A stretch of DNA of 13,668 nucleotides from Octopus sinensis (lineage: Eukaryota). The first letter of the stretch is position 1. Every line of letters starts with the position of its first letter. The position numbers and the translations under genes were made by a program. The notes beneath the pieces are model-generated. The model worked only from the letters and a program-made list of their open reading frames with translations. It made no database searches and had not been told where the DNA came from. This document shows positions 1-7,889 of the stretch, piece by piece. The DNA lies in contig NW_021826145.1 in the NCBI RefSeq assembly GCF_006345805.1, positions 1 to 13,668 of the forward strand. Reading direction: 5' to 3'.

Positions 1-90
1 TCTTTTTATTCCTTTAAACATTTATGCTTTTGAATAAATTCCTTGAGAAAAAATATGTAACTCGAAACTACGAAAATTGTGTTATGCCTG

Positions 91-184
91 CACACACACA
101 CACACACACACGCACATACAGACAGACATACAGACAGACCAGACAGACAGACACACACACACACACACACAACACACACACACA
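91..184. repeat. Compound (CA)n/(GACA)n microsatellite
   Basis: CA runs flanking GACA units, read directly from the sequence. Confidence 0.95.
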
Positions 185-348
185 AAGAGTTTACATCTGA
201 AGGCTGAAAATAATAGGTATGTACTACAAGTGTTTACTTTGGTTTATCAATAAAATACAAGTAATGGAAGTGCAACTAATAAAAGGTAGTGTCGAATCTG
301 CCTGTCAAAGATGGCTAGAGGTGGTTCGTCCTTGAGCAGGTAGATATC

Positions 349-561
349 TTTACTCTCTACTCTTTTATTTGTTTCAGTCATTTGACTGCGGCCATGCTGG
401 AGCACCGCCTTTAGTCGACCAAATCAACCCCAGGACTTATTCTTTGTAAGCTCAGTAGTTATTCTATCGTATCTTTTTGCCGAACCGCTAAATTACGGGG
501 ACATAAACACACCAGCATCTGTTGTCAAGCGATGTATGTTGGGGAGACAAACACAGACACA

Positions 562-619
<58 letters not shown>

Positions 620-786
620 TATATATATATGTATATATATATATACATATATACGACGGGCTTCTTTCAGTTTCCGTCTTTGGTCGGCCCGAGGCTTTTG
701 TAGAAGACACGTAAGGTATCACGCAATGGGACTGAACCCGGAACCATGTAGTTCATAAGTAAGCTACTTACCACACAGACACACCT
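349..786 (-). mobile_element. tRNA-derived SINE, family A (long octopus-type SINE with internal CA/TA microsatellite), near full length
   Basis: Minus-strand head has a B-box GGTTCAGTCCC (738->728) and a degenerate A-box near 780->770. It is followed by AGTCTTCTAC-like and GACGGAAACTGAAAGAAGCCCGTCG body segments that match the copies at 1215-1276, 6385-6582 and 11747-11866. Internal (CA)n(TA)n at about 551-653; GAGTA-type tail at about 349-370. Confidence 0.88.
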
Positions 787-897
787 AACGTATATATTAA
801 AAACAGAGAGTGAACAAGTAAAACATATGGTATCGCTTTAGAGCATTTAATTTATAATTTAAACATAGTGCGGTGTAGTTATCGTAAACAGGTATAG

Positions 898-992
898 TCT
901 CTTACAGCTGTTTCTAGAATAGCTTATCATGTGGGTTTTATATTATTGAATAAAGATTTCCACGTTGGCTGGGTATTCCGTCATCGGAGAGA
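898..992 (-). ncRNA. Type I hammerhead ribozyme-like motif in a Penelope-like repeat (one core substitution)
   Basis: Minus strand reads TCTCT(992-988)-CCGATGA(987-981)-C-GGAATA(979-974)...TATTCT(921-916)-A-GAAA(914-911)-CAGCTG-TA(903)^AGAGA(902-898). Stem I is 5 bp, stem II is 6 bp, stem III is the palindrome ACAGCTGT, and the cleavage triplet is GUA. Deviations: U4C, and a C.A pair instead of G10.1-C11.1. Confidence 0.72.
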
Positions 993-1131
993 GAGGGGGG
1001 AAATGAGGAATATCCTTAATCCAGAATATTATTCGTTACCAGTTCGTTGAGGGATTAAAGAGGGTCCAATGTAAAAGACGATATTGGTTGGTAGTTCCAT
1101 GATCAAAAGATTAAAGAGATCCATAGTAAAA

Positions 1132-1187
1132 GATAGTGTCAGTTAGCAGACCCGTCCTTATTGATGGATCTGCTAACTGACACTATC
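1132..1187. repeat. Perfect 19-bp inverted repeat (hairpin)
   Basis: GATAGTGTCAGTTAGCAGA (1132-1150) is the exact reverse complement of TCTGCTAACTGACACTATC (1169-1187). After one mismatch, five more pairs (one G.U) close a 6-nt loop. Confidence 0.9.
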
Positions 1188-1214
1188 CTGCCATTTGGTC
1201 CCCCTGTGTAACAC

Positions 1215-1272
1215 CCTGACCCACCAAAATCTTTCGAGTGGATGGTAGACGGAAACTGAAAGAAGCCTGGCT

Positions 1273-1276
<4 letters not shown>
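1215..1276 (+). mobile_element. SINE family A central-domain fragment
   Basis: GAGTGGATGGTAGACGGAAACTGAAAGAAGCC followed by (TA)n, matching the reverse complement of 656-680 and 6421-6470. Confidence 0.75.

Positions 1277-1370
<94 letters not shown>
1276..1370. repeat. (TA)n plus (AGAT)n microsatellite; the (AGAT)n run is the probable 3' tail of the adjacent RTE
   Basis: (TA)n at 1276-1308 and (AGAT)n at about 1310-1370. Confidence 0.9.
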
Positions 1371-1371
<1 letters not shown>

Positions 1372-1915
1372 TATCATAGTATTACAGTATCGACCAGCTC
1401 ATCGTTTGCTGTTATACACCGCGGGTCATAATGTGCTTCCAATTTTGCCTTGATTGCGCCGTTCCTTTCTATTTGGACCCAAATTACTTCACTAAATCGC
1501 CTTTTCCGATCTCTTGGATACCATTCGACCAGTGCACGGGTCCAACTGTTGTCCGTGGACCTTGTGACATGTCCGTCCCAGTGTAATGTGTGCTTAGGGT
1601 CCTCTGCGATTATACCGTTCACTCCAATCCGTTCTCGAATGTGCTCTCTTAATAATGTTCCTAGCCTGGATCTTTCCACGGCCCTTTGCGTCGTAGCCAG
1701 TCGATGTTCTTTCCTTTTCGTAGTGGCGCACATTTCCCTTACATATAAGAGAGATGGTAGGAAGCTCCTATTGGAAAGTCTGGCATGTATGGCATCGTAT
1801 AACTTTGTTTACAGCATATTCTTCTTTGAATGAAATGCCTTCTATCTTGTTACCGCGGATTTTATGCCAATAAGCTACCTCACGACCCGAAAAGTGTAAA
1901 GCTTCTATTCCGGTC
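1371..1915 (-). pseudogene. RTE-clade LINE 3' fragment: RT C-terminal/thumb region plus short 3' UTR
   Basis: Extending ORF 1374..1733 upstream through stops gives R*KAF...FLPSLLYVREMCATTKRKEHRLATTQRAVERSRLG..LREHI...WDGHVTRSTDNSWT...EWYPRDRKR. After a frameshift it gives AQSRQNWK (1459->1436) and a stop at 1414-1412. These match the RTE motifs W.AF / LP.LLYG.E.W / QRAMER / WAGHV.R..DNRW / EW.PR..KR / AQDR..W. Degraded similarity may extend to about 2200. Confidence 0.88.
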
Positions 1916-2207
1916 GTCTTCAAAGACATGAACGATCAATGTCTCTATAACAATAAAGTGGGTGGAAAGTTAGGACTCTGCTAACTCGACGTTATGTTTG
2001 TGTCTGAAAGTTTTGGGTTGAATCACTGACTTGCTGCTGCGATTACTTGACATTGAGCGAGAGTTTCACCAGTTTTAATGTTCACTCTTTCCTCTAATTG
2101 GAGGAAGATGAAGTAACGTGTTTCGTCCAATGCGAATCTCTTTCCGGTAATCAAGCTGATAAACTTTAAGCTTATCTGCTTAATCGCTTCTCATGCTGCA
2201 CGGAAAG

Positions 2208-2438
2208 AATGATGATCTTTCTAATTTTGGGACAAAGGCCAGCAGTTTTTTTCCGAAACGTGGGTGTCATCCGATTACGTGGATCCCAGTACTTCGGTGG
2301 TACTTTAATTTTATCAACCTCGAAAGGATGAAAGGGAAACTAGACCTCGGTGGAGTTTGAACACAGAACGTAAAGAGCTGAAAGTAATTCCGCTAAGCAT
2401 TGTATCAGGCGCTGTAACAATTCTACCAGTTCACTGCA
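2208..2438 (-). mobile_element. tRNA-derived SINE, family B (about 220 bp), diverged copy
   Basis: Aligns to the reverse complement of 3858-4077 (CCTCGAAAGGATGAAAGG...GACCTCGGTGGAGTTTGAAC); B-box-like GTGTTCAAACTCC. Confidence 0.85.
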
Positions 2439-2446
2439 TTTGAAGC

Positions 2447-2662
2447 AGTAATAAACCTTTCGACTATAGATTCAAGGCCAGAATTATTGCGGGAGGGGAT
2501 AGTCGACAGCATCGACCCCTCTACTCAACTGGTACTTATTTTATCGACCCCTGAAAAGATAAAAGGTAAAATCGACATTTTGGGGAATTTTTAGCACGGA
2601 ACATAAAGATGGACAAAATATTGCTAAGCGCTTTGGCCAGCGCGGTATCAGTTCTGGCGATC
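2447..2662 (-). mobile_element. SINE family B, second copy in tandem with 2208-2438
   Basis: ATCGACCCC...CTGGTACTTATTTTATCGACCCC...AAAGGTAAAATCGAC core shared with 8310-8390. Confidence 0.85.
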
Positions 2663-3147
2663 CAATGGTAAAATACAGTCAATAACTGGTGTTTTAGTTA
2701 GACCTACGGCTTTAAGTCTGTCCAGTCGAGAGTTTCCCACTGAAAACGACCAAAGAACTAGAAACACATCTAGGAATCCGACAGGGCTAACTACTGGACA
2801 GATGTGTTTTTTTACACCGTTTTTAAGAATTCTTTCTCCATAGTGAACTGCAGTGAATTTGCCTTTAGAAGTTGAAATATGCCACGAACATTTTAATTAA
2901 CCTAAAGCTCGCTAATAATAATATGTAAATAGAACCGGACTTTGAAATTTGCCTGATATTGAAATCTGTATTGTATGCATTTAAGGTCATATTTGATGAG
3001 TAACACATACAACTCACAGCTGTCTGTCAAACAATGTCTGATACTCTGATGATAATTCCTTGAATTTCGACAGTTGCAAATCTCTTTGCGTACAGGTTTA
3101 ATATAAATATTGCCATGGATGGAAGTCAAAACTGGAACCAATGCAGT

Positions 3148-3180
3148 ACACACACACACACACAACACGTGTGTGTGTGT
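3148..3180. repeat. (AC)n-(GT)n fold-back microsatellite
   Basis: An AC run is followed directly by a GT run, so the tract is self-complementary. Confidence 0.9.
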
Positions 3181-3306
3181 CTTTAAGCTTGAGAGAACAT
3201 GATATCTAAAGTGGCACCACAGTCAGAGATTTTGACAAAGGTCGATCTGAATCCGAGGAGACGAAAGCTTGGCACATATATTACGTGTTCTTGCTGAGAG
3301 CCATAT

Positions 3307-3486
3307 TATATATATATACATACATGCGTACATACATACATACATACATGCATACATATATACATACATACATACATAGATACACACACACATACATACA
3401 TACATACATACATACATACATACATACATACATACATACATACATACATACATACATACATTTATATATATGTACACACACACACA
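3307..3486. repeat. (TACA)n microsatellite with TA/CA variants
   Basis: Read directly from the sequence; explains ORFs 3223-3633, 3281-3487 and 3285-3539. Confidence 0.95.
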
Positions 3487-3639
3487 TGAATGTATGTAAT
3501 TTTGTATGTAAGTCTGCACGGAGACATACACAGATTTAAAGACTGATAACAGACGTAGAAAGATTATAAAGTAGCCACAACTTTGTAAATAGCTGTCTTT
3601 AGAATTAGTTCGCAATGTTATTCTTAATCTCATTTGTTA

Positions 3640-3857
<218 letters not shown>

Positions 3858-4075
3858 GTGAGATGCCAGAACCGTTAGCGCACCAGGCGAAACGCTTTGC
3901 AGCATTTCGTTGGTCTTCACGTTCTGAGTTCAATTCCGCTGAGGTCGATTTAGCCTTTCATCCTTTCGGGGTCAATAAAATAAGTACCAGTGAAACACTG
4001 GTGTCAGTGTAATCGACTAGTCTCCTTTCAAATTTCAGGCCTTGTGCCTTTCGTAGAATGGATTATTATTATTAT

Positions 4076-4077
<2 letters not shown>
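3858..4077 (+). mobile_element. SINE family B, well-preserved copy with (ATT)n tail
   Basis: A-box-like TGCCAGAACCG (3864-3874), B-box GAGTTCAATTCC (3926-3937), central GCCTTTCATCCTTTCGGGGTCAATAAAATAAGTACCAG (from memory, similar to the Meta-type SINE core domain), and an (ATT)n tail at 4062-4077. Confidence 0.9.
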
Positions 4078-4080
<3 letters not shown>

Positions 4081-4116
<36 letters not shown>

Positions 4117-4188
4117 AGTGAATGCCATCAAAGTGACACTGGGGTAAAATATACTACCCCAGTATACCCATCATGACAACCCGTCTTT
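4081..4188 (-). mobile_element. Probable retroposon 3' end with stem-loop and (CT)n tract
   Basis: (GA)n at 4081-4115 and a perfect 9-bp stem ACTGGGGTA (4138-4146)/TACCCCAGT (4155-4163) with an 8-nt loop. From memory, it resembles an abundant octopus repeat terminus. Confidence 0.5.
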
Positions 4189-4189
4189 A

Positions 4190-4570
4190 ACATATGTTCT
4201 TCGGATATTTTTCCTTTAGTTGGTGCCCAAGGTTCATTTTCCTAAGTACCAAGGCAAAGAACGAAAAGCAGGGTGTACAATATCATCACTAATAGTGAAA
4301 CCCACATAAGCTTCGTTTTTTCCCCCTTTTTTTTACGAATCCAGAAGAAAATGTACCCTCCAACTACTTTATTCAGCTGACCAGAATCTGGTGCCTTTGT
4401 TTCCGAAAGAGAATTATTACTAACATTTTCACTTCTCAGAAACCAAGCTGTAAGTGCTGTTTTGTGCTCGGGATTCTCCTTGTGTTCCTGAAGTGTGCGA
4501 ACGTTCCCAGCTGCTCCATGAGGATCTACTTCACTACTCGTTTCCTTTTGTCGTATATTTTTTCGACTTC
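4190..4570 (-). pseudogene. RTE-clade LINE apurinic-type endonuclease N-terminus (decayed)
   Basis: A minus frame with no start codon, missed by the ORF track, reads ...AAGNVRTLQEHKENPEHKTALTAWFLRSENVSNNSLSETKAPDSGQLNKVVGGYIFFW... (NVRTL 4505->4491, SET from 4406, YIFFW 4355->4341). A frameshift then gives EAYVGFTI, and later APT. This matches RTE/BovB-like WNVRTL..RPE.RTAL...ALSETR...GQL...GYTFFW...GVGFAI...YAPT. Confidence 0.85.
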
Positions 4571-5050
4571 ATGGTTGAAAGTTCAGTCATTAGCAGGATA
4601 ATGACAAGAGTGTGTGAGCAAGCAATTTTTATGTCACCTTTTTCTGCTCCCTCGTCACACAAGGGAAAGCAGCGCAACCCTAAACAGGCTGCTTTGTAGT
4701 TAAGATGAGGATACGAACTAAGAAGAGGATATGAACTGTGAAATTGCTCACATAGGTTTCACAAAACAGCCATCTACTTCTTACCACCAAACGTGCAAAG
4801 CTCAAGTGAGAGACTTCTTGTGACTTTCTCCACCTGCTCCTCTCACTGTCACTTCATCGCCGTAAGATTTGGTCTGTTCTCATGTTGTTAAGGAGCGACC
4901 TGCACTATGAGTTTATTCAAAGTGGAATTTGCTTGTGTTGGACAAAAAACACTCTCTTTTCCTAGAAAGCATGTCAGCTGCCGGCCAGGTTGCAGATCAA
5001 GTAGTAATTAGTATGGCTTGATCAACCAATGGGTTGTCGTTGGTAACTCG
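4571..5050 (-). mobile_element. Putative 5' UTR of the RTE fragment
   Basis: GC-richer unique sequence directly upstream of the endonuclease frame, ending near a TA-rich tract. It contains an 18-bp tandem duplication (4701-4736) and hairpins at 4643-4671 and 4995-5023. Confidence 0.5.
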
Positions 5051-5095
5051 ATATACACACTAACACACATATACAAATATTATAAAATATAATGA

Positions 5096-5140
<45 letters not shown>

Positions 5141-5143
<3 letters not shown>

Positions 5144-5915
5144 TGATTTGTCTGTGTTCCGTGTTCGTCCCTTCCTGTATTTCACGTTCTTTATATATAA
5201 AAACATTTATTCTTATATTATTGCGGCGTTACGTGCCCCCCCCCCCCCGTTTGTTTGTCCAATTTTAAACCCTGCACGACTTCTATACACTTTGTCTTTC
5301 CTACCCGCCATTGCTTCTTTACCAAACTATTTTGGCGCCCTCCGATTCTTCCCCCCTCTTCCTCCCATCCTCCTTAATCCCTTCTTTCTCCTTTTCTCTT
5401 GGTCACTGATTCTGTCCCCTGCCTTCCACCCTCTTTGATTCCCTCTCTCTCTGTCTCTCTTTCTCTCTCTCTCCTGCAACCTGCTGCTTCTTAACCATTC
5501 TGTTGGCGATCGTATCTCGACCAACATGTGTCCCCTCTACCGAAACGGTAATTATTTCTACGCCAGCTGCTATGTTGTTGTTGTTTTTGTCTCATTTGGT
5601 CTAAAGTCGTAAGACAACCATCGTTATATTTTGTTTATCCATTACTGTTTTCAATTTCGTTTTCGTCTCTTGTATTTACATCCGTCTCGTGCGTTCACAT
5701 TCCTGTCTTCTACCAAGAAATCTAATGCTTACAGCTTAGTTTTTTTCTTGGGGCTGGCCGAGTTGGAGCAAATATCAGAATTGAACAGCCGAAATTTGCT
5801 ATGATGATTCGGTGTCTGACTGAAGATTGAAGGCTTCGAATGATTTGTCTGTGTTCCGTGTTCGTCCCTTCCTGTATTTCACGTTCTTTATATATAAAAA
5901 CATTTATTCTTATAT
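5141..5915 (+). mobile_element. 775-bp non-coding element with identical 78-bp terminal direct repeats (Penelope pseudo-LTR/retrozyme-like), inserted in (TA)n
   Basis: 5141-5218 equals 5838-5915 base for base. (TA)n lies on both sides (5098-5140; about 5911-5935). There is no credible ORF. 5530-5915 is homologous to the reverse complement of 10915-11270. Confidence 0.75.
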
Positions 5916-5959
5916 ATATATGTATATATATATATGGCTATTTCATATATGGACTATTT

Positions 5960-6143
5960 CATCATGTTGAACCGTTTATGCCTACACACTTTTTCTCTAT
6001 CCATCTTTTTTTTTTGTTTTTCAATTCGCTCTCCATTTTTTACCTCTCAATCCTTTCTGTCGAAGAGCGTAGACTGGAAACGTAAATGACTTTTCCAGTC
6101 TTCCCGGAGCGTTAAACTAATAGACCTGCTTGTTATATATACA
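5960..6143 (+). mobile_element. Short Penelope-like repeat (family P2) with a minimal hammerhead-like core
   Basis: TCCTTT-CTGTCGA-A-GAGCGTAGACTG-GAAA-CGTA (6051-6084) and the downstream GAGCGTTAAACTAATAGACCTGCTTGT align to the reverse complement of 9041-9205. The 5' boundary is approximate. Confidence 0.65.
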
Positions 6144-6384
6144 CACATACATGCATAGAAATGTTTAAAATTTGAAAATATGAATAAAATGAAAACATAC
6201 AACATTGGCTACACATTAGTTCCCCCGCCCTTTAACGAGATTTAATTTTCGTCTGATAGGATGTCCAACAACCACCCTCCTTACCAAGCTAGCTCGGCAG
6301 GGTTGCCAGTGTAGTTGCTGACGACCCCAACATGTGAAAGGTTGTACTGGGTTACATGTTACCAGTTAGCGCTCTAGAGCCACC

Positions 6385-6582
6385 AGACCCTATATATACT
6401 TATATATTTCATGTTACACTGACGAGCTTCCGCAGCGTTTCCGTCAATCAAATTCACCCTCAAGGGATTTGGCCGACCCAGGGCTGTAGTGGACGACACT
6501 TGCTCAATTTGCCACGCGGTGGGACTGAACCTTTTTGTACGTGGTTGTGATGCGAGCATCTTAACTACATAGCTATGTCTGT
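6385..6582 (-). mobile_element. SINE family A, diverged head and core
   Basis: B-box GGTTCAGTCCC (6531->6521) and A-box-like TAGCTATGTAG (6575->6565); the body matches 656-786. The body may extend to about 6210. Confidence 0.82.
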
Positions 6583-6889
6583 ACCAATAAATAAATAAAT
6601 AAATAAATATTCATTTATTTATATTTTAAGAAGTTTTTTTTTGTGTATCTCATATTCGATTCTAGCCAGGAACATTGGGGAATGAACGGTAATTTTGACC
6701 AATACAAAGAAAGAATTTTCTCTTTTATTTTTATATTAATTTTGAAATTCATTTAGAATTGAAAAAGGAAAAGAAAACAAGAAAAAAAAACAAACGATAG
6801 ATACAACAACAACAACAGCAAATAGCAGTTAACAACAATAATAACATCAATACCACAAAAGAAATCAATGCGATTTCTTTTGTGAGGAA

Positions 6890-6914
6890 TACACACACAC
6901 ACATTTATATGTGT

Positions 6915-6976
<62 letters not shown>

Positions 6977-7016
6977 GTACACAAACACACGCACTAACTC
7001 ATACGCACATTTATAT

Positions 7017-7047
<31 letters not shown>

Positions 7048-7100
7048 TTATATATATATAATATATATATATATATATACATATATATATTACGTATGTA
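6890..7100. repeat. Compound (TA)n/(TG)n/(CA)n microsatellite
   Basis: Read directly from the sequence. Confidence 0.9.
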
Positions 7101-7146
7101 TATTTGTGATAGAAATCAATGTTTTTAAAAGTACATCAAACAGACA

Positions 7147-7322
7147 CCTCCTCCTCCTCCTTCTCTCTCTCCTCATCGTCGTCGTCGTCCTTCTCCTCCT
7201 CCTCTCCCCCACTCATTTTCTTTTTTTCCATTATTTTCCCTTTTTATTTTCCATCGTTAGCCAAATTGATAATTAACGAACAGACAGGTACGCTGCAGAA
7301 ATAGCAACAGCAGCAGCAGAAG

Positions 7323-7359
<37 letters not shown>

Positions 7360-7380
7360 GGTAATAGTAGTAGTAGTAAT
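7147..7380. repeat. Triplet tracts: (CCT)n/(CGT)n, then (CAG)n, (CTA)n and (TAG)n
   Basis: Read directly from the sequence. (CTA)n at 7324-7359 and (TAG)n at 7365-7377 are complementary and can fold back. Confidence 0.9.
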
Positions 7381-7446
7381 ACAGGTGGGGGTGAGGTGTT
7401 CCCGGACAAGAAATAGCCAAAAATCAACCCCCCCCAAAAAAAAAAA

Positions 7447-7694
7447 TAATAGCCATAGGGCGCAAGACACTAGAATTTTGTGAGAACGGGAGGGGGTGAG
7501 GGTAGATTACCATTGTATTGGGCTCTACCCGCAACTATTCACTTCCCAGTTTTTGATTGGGGTTTATTTTACCGACCATATTTTCTGCGGACGGACATAA
7601 AACGCGACGTCGGCTTCGAAGGGATTTGAACTCAGTATGTAAGAACTGCTAGGGACGATGTCATACATCTTACCAATTCAACCAAACCACTGCT
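7447..7694 (-). mobile_element. Old tRNA-derived SINE related to family B
   Basis: Minus-strand A-box-like TGGTTGAATTGG and B-box GAGTTCAAATCCC (7633->7621); weak similarity to the family B core (GGTCGGTAAAATAAA). Confidence 0.65.
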
Positions 7695-7704
7695 ATAAAA
7701 TCCA

Positions 7705-7889
7705 ACTTGTTAGAAACAACAGCTATAGCTATCACGAGCCGCACCCTACCGTCTTAAATATAGGATATGTACAAATAATGTGTACTGGGTTCAGTGGACA
7801 TAGATAGAAAGGGAGGAGCTCGGCTGGAATGCTTTTGATCAAAAACCTGCTTGCATGAGAAAACCCTGGAGATTAAATAACAATAGCAA
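7705..7889 (+). mobile_element. Probable repeat 3' half ending in an (AAC)-like tail
   Basis: CACCCTACCGTCTTAAA...GGCTGGAATGCTTTTGATCA...CTGGAGATTAAATAACAATAGCAAC resembles a common octopus repeat from memory. There is no second copy in the window to confirm it. Confidence 0.4.

Noticed and set aside
2902-3168. 88-aa minus-strand ORF
   Set aside because: It starts in a microsatellite and shows no recognisable similarity.
4571-5060. HDV-like ribozyme in the RTE 5' UTR
   Set aside because: Local hairpins exist (4643-4671, 4995-5023), but I could not thread P1/P2/P3/P1.1/P4 with a catalytic C. A descriptor search is needed.
5816-5850. CTGAAGA...GAATGAT (and CTGAGGA...GAATGAC at 11007->10983) as a canonical hammerhead
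   Set aside because: It has GAAU rather than GAAA, no A15.1-U16.1 pair, and the implied cleavage nucleotide would be G. It is kept only as part of the non-canonical structure finding.
5141-5915. LTR retrotransposon/TRIM or CRISPR interpretation of the direct repeats
   Set aside because: There are no TG...CA ends, PBS, PPT or target-site duplication. Only two repeats are present, in a eukaryotic context, with no cas genes.
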